From: Girardia tigrina
Taxonomy: Eukaryota
DNA: 64,000 nt
Direction of reading: 5' to 3'
NCBI GenBank assembly: GCA_001938485.1
Contig: MQRK01209170.1
Coordinates: 4,329-68,328, forward strand
In this document: positions 51,309 to 64,000 of the stretch, piece after piece
Numbering within the stretch: position 1 is the first letter of the stretch
Layout of the letters: every line of letters starts with the position of its first letter
The notes under the pieces: model-generated
Told to the model about the DNA's origin: nothing
Databases searched by the model: none
The model's input: the letters and a program-made list of their open reading frames with translations, nothing else
Program-made: the position numbers and the translations under genes

Positions 51309-52639
51309 AGTACAAAGAAAGAATTACCATTGGATGAAGCTATAATGCATTTGGAGCTGAAAAATTTTATTATATTTTATTTTATTTTATAGAAAAATTA
51401 ATGCAAATAAAGTTTTAGTATATTTAGTTAATTCTAGTAAAAATAATTTAAATATAATTCTAAAAAAACGAAAAGTAACATTACTTTTAGATCATTAACC
51501 TTCATAATTTAGTTTGTGATTATTTTTTTAATAAAAATGTGTGGATGAATGCTGCAATTTTCAGGATTTGTATAAATAAATAGGTTTATAATTTAAGAAA
51601 ACCTCCAAATTACCAAACAAACTGTTGATATGCACCATGCTACAGTACAAAATGACTTAAACCTTATCAAATTTAAATTATAATTCCTATCATCACATAT
51701 GACATCTAAGATGCAGCTCCTAGTTACAGAAATTATTTTATCATTTAAAGGAAGATATAAAAAACATTTGATAAAAAAGGTTTTAAAAAATTTCTAAATA
51801 ATCCTGAATTCCAAGTAAAACTATTTCTAATAGAATATTTTAGACATGTGTTGGATACGTTGGATGCTTATGTTTCATAAGAGGTTATTAAAATTGTTGG
51901 ATACATACAAAATTGATATCAAAATCTGGAATTGCAGTTATTTCAAGAAATGATGAAGAAAATGAATTATTCAATAGTTTAATTACGAAATTTGACATTA
52001 TTGATCCAAAATCTTTTGAAGATTATATATTTATCGAAGATTAAATGGATGAGGATTGTGAGGATAATAATGATGAAAATAATGAAAATGAGATAGAGGA
52101 TTATTGCATTATTTTAAAAAGTGGTGAATGATCAGAGAGAAAAATATATCAGCTGGGGAGGCTAATTCCAACATTAAAATTATATTTTTTTTGTCGTTTT
52201 TTAGATCCAGAAAGTGTGAAACTAGAGTTCACTGTATTTCAAATTGAATAAAATTATCAATATTTAAATAAATTATTTCTTTTAGATAAAATTCCAAATT
52301 ATTAATGGGTATTTTATTAAAATCAAGAATTTTATTAAATAGAAAAATTTTAATGAAAATATAGTTGTAGTATATTTAGTGAACATTATTAAATTTTTTG
52401 AAAATATTTCGGTGGGGGGGGGTTTGATCCTCTATATCCCCTCCCCCTTAACTACACCCCTGATTACATATAAATTATTTTATAATTCAAAATTTATAAT
52501 TCTTATGATTTTTTTTCATTAAACTATATTGTGATTAAAAAGTAATTCTTTTTAATAAAATAACTGTAATTTATAATTAAAATATAAATTATACGTTTAA
52601 TAAATATGCAAAGAATATATTATACATGGAATTTATTTA

Positions 52640-53200
52640 AATTTTAATATATACACCATCATTTGCCATCAGATTCTCAAGTCGACCAGAACTGCAGAAA
52701 CTATTATCACAAAAAAACTCCTGCAAAATGAAGGCCATAACTCCACGTATTTGGTATGGTTGAGTAGAATTACTCTTTCCAATAACCCAATAGAAAAAAG
52801 TCACAGTGTTAAGTCAGGACTTCTGGTTGGCCATTCTAACGAACCTCAAAGTCTTTCTTCCAGGTAATTTAGCTCATTTCCTGGAAGATAGATTAAGTTT
52901 ATTTTTAACTCTACTCGTATACACCAAAAGGACACTATGGCTACGGGAATACATTTCTTGAACAATTTTCACTATTTCAGGGTCTCTGCTTGGAAGGGGG
53001 ACTGCTTCTTCGTGTAACAGCCACATATCCTGTTAACATGAGTTATTCATTACAATTATTGATCATGTTTCGGTTAATTTGAGCATGTTTCCCTTATTGG
53101 TTCTCCACCATCTTTGCCATTCACCAATGGATCTCCGAAATTTGCAATGTTCTACTATCTGGGCACGTTCCAGCGGTGAAAGACTTCCAACCATTTTTTA
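52640..53200 (-). mobile_element. Tc1/mariner (rosa/DD41D-like) relic
   Basis: EWPTRSPDLT-CDFF-W motif. Confidence 0.55.
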
Positions 53201-53536
53201 AGGTTTTGAAATTTTAAACAAATTAATTAAAACAAATTCATGTAATGGATCTAAAAAGGAAACGAGAACATAGCTTAAATATTTATTCGTTAAGTAAGGT
53301 ATACTCAAACGTTTAGCAACATATTACCACATTTGAATTAAATTGTAGGTATTTTAAAATAGGGAGCTTCTTTTCAGCAACCTTGCATTTGAACTAAAGA
53401 TTTTAACAATTATTTTCCTCGTATAACTGTCGCATCTATTCTATACTTTCAGAGATATTTATGCGTGTCCTTGTTAAGTATATTACAATAAATAAAAATA
53501 CATTGATTAAAACTTTGTTTTTTATTAGTATTTTAA

Positions 53537-53606
53537 CCCTTTCAGTCCTAGCGGTACAAATATGTACCACAAGATTATAGAATATTTGTATTTAGGACAG
53601 AAAGGG
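53537..53606. mobile_element. 70-bp piggyBac-like micro-MITE
   Basis: TTAA|CCCTTTCAGTCCTA ... TAGGACAGAAAGGG|TTAA. Confidence 0.8.
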
Positions 53607-55922
53607 TTAAGTAAAAATACTTTTCTAAAAATATAAAAATTGCTATGGTAAATAGCTATGAAAAGCCCTTTGTCAGGTTAACCTTTTCGTTCATTCTATT
53701 ACTGATAATATTAGTGTACACTGACACTACTTGGAAATGAATTCTCTTTAATTCAATAGAAAGTTAACCGAACCAGGAACAAATTATACACAAGTTTGAC
53801 GAATAAGCAATATTTGATGAGCAATACTGCAATATAATCTAAAATAATCTTTTATTCCAGCTAATAGACAATTACTATATTTTTAACAATTGTTTTTTTC
53901 AATGAATTTGCAGTTTAAGGAATTATTAGTTTTCTAGTCTACCTCAAATACACTATGGGTAACACTTGATTTACGCAGTACTTGATTAATGCAGTTTTGG
54001 AAGAATGAAGTTGATATTTTGTGACTAGTTTTGATTCACATGGTCTAAGTTTTGGAATAGAGCGCATTCTACTTTTTTTATAAATCTTAACATTTTTATG
54101 TAAATTGTATAGAATTAAAGTGTAGCAAGAAATTTATTATTGTAATTATTTCTCAGTTAATGTGGGTATATAAAATGAAACCGATCTCTACAATTTGATC
54201 ATGATTGAGAGCTGAACTTCAATGAATTAGAATTGAAACATTGACTCACACTAAGATGCTTAAGGGGAAACGACAATCCTTGGAGAAAAAAAGTATGAAG
54301 CAAACAAAGGAGATCAGAAACAGGCTTTACTAAAGATTACCGATAAAATTTCCTTTACAACGGGAAGGAGAAGTAGAAAGTGGCACAATGATCAATGATA
54401 TCAGTCACTGGTTAATTATATCCGTTGAAATGATAATATGATCGGATGACACTTGCAAGCGCATAAAAGATTTGCAGCTAAAATCTTCTGTAAATGAACT
54501 AAAAAAGGCAAAAAAAGAGAACAGAAGACAGGAATTAAAGAGTATACCAACATTGGTCTCAATAAAGAAAGATATATATGAGCCGACCATTCCTGAGAAA
54601 CCAGGTGCAAACCTCTGTCTTATTAAAGATAATCAAGATAATGCTACTGAAAATATGAATGCATCGAGTAAAAAACTAAGGGTCCAAGTTAATTACCAGT
54701 TCATTCGAGAAATCAAAAAACACAATGAACCAGATTCAGGATATGTAAGGGAGAAAACCAGTTCAGTACTGTTGACAACAAATTTAAAGAACCAATGATA
54801 GAACCAGATATTCTCAGGAAAAGTTAGTTCCATAGAATAGAGAAGCTGAATGTTGAAATGAATAAATGAGGAGATATTCGACCTGGAATTGTAAGAAATT
54901 AAATGGTATGAGGAAGTGAATCTAATTTGTTATTGTTATCCAACTATAATATAAAATTTACATTTTGTCTAAATTGTGGATGTTAGATTTTCTTGGAACA
55001 TCCTCGGAATTATTGTTAAAAGTTACTTCCGACATCCATATTTTATTATAATACAAAACCAATAATTAATATTAATATTTAAACAAAATTATTATTTTTT
55101 TGAGAAAAATTTATTTTATAAATCTTAAAACGGTATAAATAAAATAAGTTATAATTTTAATATTTGATTTATTTTAATTTTATAAATTTTTACTTTAATA
55201 AATATTATCAATTTTAAATTACGATAACATTATCAAATACTTAATCATTTTGTGAAATTTTATTAATTAAAAAATCTTTATTATAATTCTGTAATAATTA
55301 TCTTTAATTTTATAATTTTAAATTATAAAAGCATTTACTATAATTAAATAGTTTCGTTCAATTTTATTAATTTTTAAAATTTTATATAACAATCAGTAAA
55401 TATTTAAAAATTTCTACATTTTAATTTGTATACTTAATTTTAATTTATTTCAAATATTTTGATAATATTTCTTAATTCCTAACAGTGGAATTCATAAAAT
55501 TTGGATAAAACATTAACTAAAATTGGAGGGTGGCCAAATTTAGAGGTTCTGCTGTACATTGCTCAATTTCTTAATTATTTTCTTTATTCTATTCATAAAG
55601 ATTCTTTATAAACTCTAAAAATTTTATTAATTTTGCAATATTTTAAAGGAAAAGTTAATGTAAAGATCCCTTTAGATTGACTTTGTTATGGGGAATAAAA
55701 GACACTAGAATATTATTACAAATAAATTCACAATAGAAAATATATATTCAAACATGAGAACAAGTCTATCTTTAGCTAAATTCACCAATTTTCAAAATAA
55801 ATATTAGATATATTTAACACAAAACAATTACATTTATAATTTAATAAAATTTTAAATATAATGTTTGTTTTCTAATATCATTGACTTTTTATTAATCATT
55901 AAAAGCTCTTCTATGTAATGAC

Positions 55923-56079
55923 TTATAGACGCGCAGATTTTGTTTCACCTGGCTCAATGTTTGCCATCTCATTTACTTCAGTTCCAGTGATAGCCCCAAG
56001 ATGACCTTTGCAAAGATGGTCAACAATACCGGCTCCGATGGCATCTCCAAGAACATTAATTGATGTCCGGACTCGGTCT
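55923..56079 (-). CDS. slc1a: EAAT gene B last exon
   Basis: DRVRTSINVLGDAIGAGIVDHLCKGHLG...KSARL*; AATAAA about 30 nt after the stop. Confidence 0.92.
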
Positions 56080-57702
56080 CTATATAGAAAATGTTAATAT
56101 AAAATTATACATATAATTAATAAAAATATTAGGTCTCTCAATGTTGCAATCTGTGAACCTATAGAAAGTTTAAAATCTTTAAGAATTTTATAAAAGCAAA
56201 TAAAATATTTAGAAAAGCCAACACGAATTGATCACCTTTCTATCTAAAAGAAAAATGACAAAAAAATTAAAATTTTTATTTATTATTTAATTGATTTTGA
56301 AAGTATACTTTGAAGAAAAATTTTAACGCATTGCTATATCCTGATCTTTCCAATAATACAGACTCAAAAGTACTAAATACGTCAACTTTATAAAACATGG
56401 GGATGCTTTGGAAAGTTTACCAAATGACAAAGAAAATCTGTTTGTGAAATATGCTTTATTTTTCTGAAAATATATTAGTTTTTTTCTTTAAGTTTAATGC
56501 ATTTTTTCCAATAAAAACGTGATTCTTTAAGTCCTCAAAATTAGTCATCGACATCTTAGAGTTTTTCTTCGGTGGAAAAATTTGTGGTCATGGGAGTAAG
56601 TGAGAGGTAAAATAAGTAAAAGTTATTAAATAAGGTGAGTGTTGCAACAGACTGAACTTTAATTCATTGAATTTTTAATTACTACCACACTTACATTATC
56701 TTGATGGAAAAGATCTTCTTCTTTCGCAAGCCAGATCTTTTTTCGTGACTTTTTATTCATTTTTTAATTGACATCACAACTCGAATTGCTTCCGACACAA
56801 TTCTCCACAAAACTTTTGTAGCTAGACATCGTTCTTGATTGATAAATTTAAATTCTATTTCTAAACCTCTAATTATTCGAAAAAATTTAAATTACAATTT
56901 AAATTAAAAAGGAATTTACAATTTTAAGTTAAAAATAATTTAAAATTATTTTCAAAAATATTTTAATTTATTGTAAATATATTATTTATGATTAAAATAT
57001 TGTTATATATTTATTGCAAAAAAGTTAATTATTGTAATTTTTAAATTTTTATTTTCCAAATAACCCCAAGGTTCAAAACATTCAAAATATCAATCTAACA
57101 TCGGGGTGGAAGAAACACAATACTAAAACACAATTCCACATATTAGCCTTGAAATCGGGAATTCCTAAGCGAATCCCTCTAACCTGGGTATCATCTTTGT
57201 CAAATCACAGTTAACAACGAAAACTAGAAACTTATTTCTTGCATAAAAATCCTATTCTATCTTCAATGGTATAACTAAACGTTTCCCCATTATATTACTC
57301 CTTAATGTGTTAAAATATGGCATTTTAATATTACAAAATGTAAATAATAAATGTGATGTGAGATCTGTTTATATTTTCAATTGTGCCATCATCGCATTGT
57401 TATATTATAATACTTGTTATATGATGATACTTGTACAAGTGAAAATAAGGTGACTTCCTTCTTATTTGGATAGTTTATATAATAAATGACGTCTTTATTC
57501 TACATGTGTTTTTATACGTATAATTGAAAATCTGTATCCACATTATCATTATTTATTTATATTTTCGTAGCATATATTTTCTTGACAAAAATATTTTTAT
57601 TTAATAATTATCACATTAATTAATTACTTCTAAATGCAAAATAAAGTCCCTGAACATTTACGGTTTAAGATGATTATTTACTTTTAAGCTTTACTTATGT
57701 GT

Positions 57703-58326
57703 TGTTAGGTTCGTGACCAATAACAGAATTCATAACGCTAAAATTTATTTCTATAACAATTAACTATTTTTTAAACAAATTTCTGAGGAACGACGTTTTA
57801 TTATTTTGCACAAACCAGATATAAATAAAAATACTAAATATAAATTTTAATTTAACAAATTTATGTCTTTAGTTTTAAAATTAATTTTATTACTTTGTCG
57901 CACTTTTTTGTTAAATTTTATTATGTCTTTCATTTTCAATTTATTATAATTTTTTATTAACGTAAAATTTACTTTTATTGTCACTCATAATAAAACATTA
58001 AATTTCATATATTCGATTTTATTTTCCTAACGCTTAATCTTAATTTTAAATATTAAATTGCAATATTTGATTTTGTTCTTTCATTAAATCAAATTAAATA
58101 CAATACGATTTTAATTTATTAATCCTATATATTTTTTATAAAATTAAATTACAGTATAGTTTTTAATTTTTTAATTGCTAAATATTATATTCACTTGAAA
58201 CTAAATACAATATGATTTTCACTTAATTTGTTTTAATCCTTAATTATTTCATTTTAATCTTTAAAAAGTTTTAAGTCTTACGTTTTTTAAAATTCAAAAA
58301 TTTACGAGCTCACTAAAATCTTAATA
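57703..58326 (-). mobile_element. AT-rich solo-LTR-like insertion (family copy 3), 5-bp TSD TGTGT
   Basis: TGTGT at 57698-57702 and 58327-58331; element ends TCACGAACCTAACA in family orientation. Confidence 0.75.
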
Positions 58327-58680
58327 TGTGTCATTATCATTTTTATAAGTTACATTTGAAGATTGAATATTAATTTTCAAGATTTTCATTTCAGTTTATT
58401 AAAAAATTGTAAAAGAAAAACACCTGGGACCACCGAGTTTGTAACTAAAAAAATCAATTATTGTTAGAAAAAATGAAATAATAATTTATTAATTTTAAAA
58501 ATGAAATAAAAATTTTTAAATATGCTAAAATTTATATTTTCAAATAATACTCTCCTTTTATCTAGAGATTATATTTTAATATTTTACCAAAATGTAATTT
58601 CATTTTTTTAAACCTTTAGATGTCCCGAGATGTTAGTATGGTCGTCCAACAGATGTATCATTCAAAGAGATGTTAATTTA

Positions 58681-58943
58681 GGCATTTTTACTAGCTAAGA
58701 TCGAATATTTTGAATGATATATCATGCTTCTCAAATATAAGAAATATAATTAATATAAGACATCCCCCGTATTAGACCTAGTCCAAAAATTAAAGAATTT
58801 TTTTGGGAATATTAATATAAGACATATGCTAGTATAAGTCATACCGGTAATTTTTCCATCAAAATTAATATGAGACAATGTCTTATATTTCGAGAAACAC
58901 GGTATATCATTAAAAATATTCGATCTTAGCTAGTAAAAATGCC
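58681..58943. repeat. 40-bp inverted repeat enclosing a pogo/Tc2-like MITE
   Basis: GGCATTTTTACTAGCTAAGATCGAATATTTT pairs with AAAATATTCGATCTTAGCTAGTAAAAATGCC; inner ATAAGACA repeats and CGAGAAACACGGTA end. Confidence 0.7.
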
Positions 58944-59702
58944 AAAGTACTGCGAGTTAACTCACTTAAAATGATTAAAATATTTTAAGATTTATTACTG
59001 AAAAATTATGCGTAAATCTTTAGTCGAACGACGATCTTAAAGTACAATAATTGAATATTTTATATAATATTTCTAATAAATCCAATATTAATTCTATTTA
59101 ATATTTTAGTCACATATGCTACTGTTAAAATATCAAGAATAAGTTTATAATTTTTTTTCAAAATACTTAATTAATTTATTTTTTTCAGTATTTTAATTCT
59201 GTTAACAAGATTTATGTTTTACAATAATTGTTTCTTAACAATAGTCAAATAATTACATTTTTATCTTAATTTTAATAATTGTGAATTTAATCAATTTAAT
59301 TTATTTTAATTTTTTAATTTAATCTATTTAATTTAATCAATTTTATTTTTGTAAATACCGAACAACTGAATTTTCTCTTAAGGTTGAACTGTACGAATAT
59401 ATTATAACAACATTATATTTCTGAAGAAAATTAACAATATTATCAGAAAGGTCTTTGTTAATAATAATAATAATAATTGTGAGGAGAATTATAATCAAAA
59501 CTAATAAATGCATGTTACGTAATGTATGTATGGAATGTTCTAGGTGTGATCTTTGTATTGTTGTGTAATAGAATTTTTACTTAAACGTTGTTATTCTAAC
59601 TAGGAAAAAGGATCCTTAAGGAACCTAAAGCTTGTTAATATTAACTTTGTTATGTTCATAAGTTCCTACATATTTTGATTACAATTAAATAAAATCACTT
59701 AC

Positions 59703-59837
59703 AAAAGCCAATCGACAGCTAAAATTAATGTTATATCGTTTATAGGTAATCCAACAGACGTCAAGACTAAAATCATGGTTACCAATCCCGCGCTAGGAAC
59801 ACTTGCGGCTCCAATCGCAGCTAAAGTTGCTGTAACG
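59703..59837 (-). CDS. slc1a: EAAT gene B penultimate exon (HP2)
   Basis: [44 protein letters not shown]; AG and GT boundaries. Confidence 0.93.
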
Positions 59838-60053
59838 CTGAAATAATAAAAAATATAAATTAATAATATAAAAGTTATAAAACCCATTTTAAGATAGTCT
59901 TGAAATATTTTTATGACTTTAATGATTTCAATCTGATAGAAGATCAAAATTTCTTATTTCAATGAAGGACATCATGACGATATATGTTTTCCGGATTTCT
60001 TGAATTTAAGAAATGAAAAAGAACATTAAAATTGTAATTCTGAATTCAAATTT

Positions 60054-60085
<32 letters not shown>

Positions 60086-61382
60086 NNNNNNNNNNNNNNN
60101 NNNNNNNNNNNNNNNNNNNNNNNNNNNNNNNNNNNNNNNNNNNNNNNNNNNNNNNNNNNNNNNNNNNNNNNNNNNNNNNNNNNNNNNNNNNNNNNNNNNN
60201 NNNNNNNNNNNNNNNNNNNNNNNNNNNNNNNNNNNNNNNNNNNNNNNNNNNNNNNNNNNNNNNNNNNNNNNNNNNNNNNNNNNNNNNNNNNNNNNNNNNN
60301 NNNNNNNNNNNNNNNNNNNNNNNNNNNNNNNNNNNNNNNNNNNNNNNNNNNNNNNNNNNNNNNNNNNNNNNNNNNNNNNNNNNNNNNNNNNNNNNNNNNN
60401 NNNNNNNNNNNNNNNNNNNNNNNNNNNNNNNNNNNNNNNNNNNNNNNNNNNNNNNNNNNNNNNNNNNNNNNNNNNNNNNNNNNNNNNNNNNNNNNNNNNN
60501 NNNNNNNNNNNNNNNNNNNNNNNNNNNNNNNNNNNNNNNNNNNNNNNNNNNNNNNNNNNNNNNNNNNNNNNNNNNNNNNNNNNNNNNNNNNNNNNNNNNN
60601 NNNNNNNNNNNNNNNNNNNNNNNNNNNNNNNNNNNNNNNNNNNNNNNNNNNNNNNNNNNNNNNNNNNNNNNNNNNNNNNNNNNNNNNNNNNNNNNNNNNN
60701 NNNNNNNNNNNNNNNNNNNNNNNNNNNNNNNNNNNNNNNNNNNNNNNNNNNNNNNNNNNNNNNNNNNNNNNNNNNNNNNNNNNNNNNNNNNNNNNNNNNN
60801 NNNNNNNNNNNNNNNNNNNNNNNNNNNNNNNNNNNNNNNNNNNNNNNNNNNNNNNNNNNNNNNNNNNNNNNNNNNNNNNNNNNNNNNNNNNNNNNNNNNN
60901 NNNNNNNNNNNNNNNNNNNNNNNNNNNNNNNNNNNNNNNNNNNNNNNNNNTACGGGGATCTGTTTCCACCATTGTCCTCAAATTGTCGTTGTTCACAGCA
61001 ACTGGACGACCACGACCTTCTTCATCTTCAAGGTTTTCATCTCCATCAGAAAATTTTCAAAACCATCGTTGCACTGTGCGCTCAGAAGCTATTCCCTTGC
61101 CAAACGCTTTATTGATATTGCGAGCCGTTTCTGCTGCTTTATGACCCAGTTTAAACTCGTACAAGAAAATTGCTCGAATTTTAATTTTTTCCATTATTAA
61201 TTTAGCACCGTAAATATTCTAAAAAATAACAGCAATATGTTAATAATGGCTATAGGAATATACAGCTAAGCATAAGATTTCAAATAATATCTAACACTAA
61301 TGCATTTCAACTTATATACATATCAAAGTAGATAAACAAAGTATAAAGCTCAAAAACCGCCATTATTTTTCGACCAACCTAA
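60086..61382 (-). mobile_element. Mariner, same family as 27840-28582; 3' part probably inside the 865-N gap
   Basis: Same TIR and N-terminus as the other copy. TIR to gap start is 1297 bp, a typical mariner length. Confidence 0.75.
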
Positions 61383-61391
61383 TATATATAA

Positions 61392-63491
61392 CACCTAACG
61401 ACAAAAATAATTTCTATTCAATAAATTTATTAAATATATTTTTTTGTTTTATCACATTAAATTACAGCAAAAGTAACAATTACGGTAAGTATGGATAATA
61501 TGACATATATTTTACTGAATTTAACAATCAATCAAGTTTGGCATCAAAATATTTTAGAGCAAATTGTCAAAGCATATGGTAAATTCATCCATTTAATTCA
61601 TGTATCTCTCGAGAATAAATGCGAAATAATGGGGCTTTTCAAAAATAATACGAGTAAAATAGAAATTTCTCGTATAATGGGAATTAGTCATATCACAGTG
61701 AAAAAAGAATTAAAGAACGTAAAGAAACTGGCAGTTATGAGTGCAAAAAAGGAAGAAGAAAGGCTGTTTCGCAACGGGATGGGAATCATTTAAGATGTTT
61801 ATTCGTGGCAGAACCTTTTAAACGTGCAACAAAACTGCACAGTGAGGTAGTAAAATCTTAACTAAAGCTATGCAGCGTTCTTACGGTACAACATACTTTA
61901 AATAAGATGGACCTGGAGTCACGGAAACCTGCAAGGAAACCAATGTTCACACAAACAATGAGGTCTAGTAGTCTATTATGGAGTCAATAGCACGTCAATT
62001 GGACATTCGATGATTGGAAAAGAGACATCTTCTTAGATGAATCAAAATTTAATTTATTTGGTCCGGATGGTACATTACGATTGAGGTGGTAGGATAGCGA
62101 GCAATATAGTGCTGAGAAGACACTCGGCACTATATGACATTCTCCATATGTGATGATATTATAATGCATCAAGTTTACAGAAGTTGGGTCCATAATTATC
62201 TTGAGGTCATACGTGAACACCATAAAATATGTTGGCATCATTAATGAAGGTGTTGCTTACCTGTAGAAGAGGTTTTAGTTGAGTATGATGTGCCGGATTG
62301 ATTAATTTAAATGTATAATTTTTAATTTAATTAAAAAAAATATTTTAAGTTTTGTTAAGTTTGATATCTGGAATATTCCAGAAATTCCATTGTCTAAATA
62401 ATATCGATAAACTGTAAATAATTTTCGAATAAAATTTATTAGAATAAACGTTTGTTGGATTTTCTTTTCCTTTTTTCAAATTGAATGGACGTATAAATTT
62501 GAAATTAATAATAAGGATAAAAAAAGTGATAATGAGAATTCTCTGAACGATAATGTAACAACTGGAACGATAGTTCTAATCGATTGCGCTAAACTTTTGC
62601 GCAATAAACGAGTATTACAGGCAACCGGATACGAACTCATCGAATCCCTGGTTCGCGGTGATCATTGAGACTTGTTTATCGGCCATTGGGAACAAAGCGA
62701 TAATCTCCGATAAAGATCATTTTGCTATCGCTTTCTTTCGAGTAAAAACTCCAAAAGAAGTTATCATGTTTATTCATGACGACAATCCGTACTCAATCGA
62801 TTCGATAACTGATGCACGCGACAGAGTCGGCGATCAATCGTCCTTTGAGCCAGAAAGGTTCTGCTGGATGGTTGTATCTGACTGCGATTCCGTCATTGCA
62901 ACCTCTGCTGCGAGCGATAATTGAGGTTATTAGCAGACATCTGCGACACTGGTTCATCTAAGTGATCCAACCTCTCGTCTAAAGGATCTAATGACTGGAA
63001 CTGGGCATGGGCAGCATCACCGGAAGAGAGCAATCTCGCACTTTCTTCTGGTGCTCGGAGATGGATTGTCGATCGATGTGGCAGTGTATAATCCGGTTTG
63101 AAAAACGTTGAATACATCTTATGTTCCATTGGACCGTCAAACAAATATCAAGCAATGCGTCAACATATGATGATGTTATATTTCAGAATGATTTTGTAAG
63201 TTGCCTTCGAACCAAAGCAATCAGTAATTTTTACAAATCTTCTATATTTAATTGTTTTAACTGGAATATCTTTAATTAATATCTTCTAGGTTCTAAATCA
63301 CAAGGAAAAGTTGGGCATAAAGTCTCTTTCTTGAACGTTTTAGTTAATATTTTGACCAAAAAAATAGAAAATTGAGGATTTTAATATTAAACTTTAATAT
63401 ATGATGAAATGTTTTACTTATAATTTGATATCTTAATTGTAAAACTTGAAATATTCCAAAACCAAAGTGGAAACATTTTTGTCGTTAGGTA
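61392..63491 (+). mobile_element. Tc1-like element, decayed, with a probable internal insertion at about 62290-63300
   Basis: TIR ACCTAACGACAAAAA at both ends; RKPARKP and WKRDIFLDESKFNLFGPDG motifs. Confidence 0.75.
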
Positions 63492-63498
63492 TATATAT

Positions 63499-64000
63499 AG
63501 AGGGTGGCCCAATGGGTACGCATGTACTAATTTTTGCATATTCAGAATTTACTCATCAAGACGAACATTTTGGTATATAACATGTAGGGTCTAAAAGTCT
63601 CGCATCATTGCGTAATTACACAATAAAGGTCAAATAACGTAGAATTACGTAATTTCGAATTAAGTAATAAAATTGGTCTCATTTTGTGGATATTTTTATG
63701 CGGATTAAGAATATGCGATTTATTTTGAAATATCTTTTATCGTTATCAAGCTATTAAAAATAAATTTTTTTAAATTCAAAATTTTTATTGAATAAATATT
63801 ATTTAATTATTTAAGAATTATTAAAAAGATAAATTAAATACATTGTCAATTAACGAGGTTTTCGAAATGTTCTCCACCTGCAGTTATAACTTGTTGAAGA
63901 CGGTATTCAAAATTTCCAATAGTTTTCGCAATTATTTATTGATCAATATCTCTAACTTCGCGTTCTATGGCCAATTTAAGTTCCTCTAATGATTCTGGTT
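63499..64000 (-). mobile_element. Tc1/mariner (rosa-like) 3' end
   Basis: PESLEELKLAIEREV..RLQQVITAGGEHFENL*. Confidence 0.6.

Larger units (their letters stand above)
49770..52235 (+). mobile_element. Decayed Tigger/pogo transposase, split by an insertion
   Basis: RTTLSTIIKDR HTH near 49970; KERITIG..NAFGAEK from 51309; WMNAAIF and DDE_1 remnants; end GAGTTCACTG-TA. Confidence 0.6.

Noticed and set aside
54472-54798. 108-aa Lys-rich ORF between the EAAT genes
   Set aside because: Non-ATG start, no recognisable domain, and flanking frames are broken by stops.
55926-55934. C-terminal ARL as a peroxisomal PTS1 signal
   Set aside because: PTS1 import applies to soluble matrix proteins, not polytopic membrane transporters.
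55923-59837. Gene B exons as alternative exons of gene A
   Set aside because: They lie upstream of the gene A start codon and have their own stop and polyA signal.

Overview
AT-rich animal genomic scaffold with spliceosomal introns, about 30 transposon relics and four N gaps. An invertebrate, possibly a triclad flatworm, is my inference from composition, very short introns and TE families; it is not proven. The host content is a tandem pair of SLC1A/EAAT glutamate transporter genes on the minus strand. Gene A could be rebuilt completely by hand: 9 coding exons from 47355 to 15274, 473 aa, all GT-AG with consistent phases. Only the last two exons of gene B (59837-59703 and 56079-55923) lie in the window. 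Bases 1-13000 are a nested TE stack: a Buster-type hAT sits inside a Gypsy integrase; that Gypsy abuts an RTE LINE relic and a second Gypsy; each Gypsy carries a further insertion with a 5-bp TSD. Introns and the intergenic region hold mariner, Tc1, pogo, hAT, MULE, piggyBac-MITE and Penelope relics. Most interesting observations: (1) a 1.4-kb TG..CA insertion with a perfect 5-bp TSD that carries an ankyrin-repeat gene; (2) a dispersed AT-rich 5-bp-TSD family, one copy of which carries a C2H2 zinc-finger exon missed by the ORF track; (3) a 21-bp-phased array of RFX X-box motifs just upstream of the hAT transposase; (4) a duplicated decoy acceptor for exon 8 of gene A; (5) a striatin gene fragment in intron 8; (6) substitutions in HP2 and TM7 of gene A relative to gene B and canonical EAATs.
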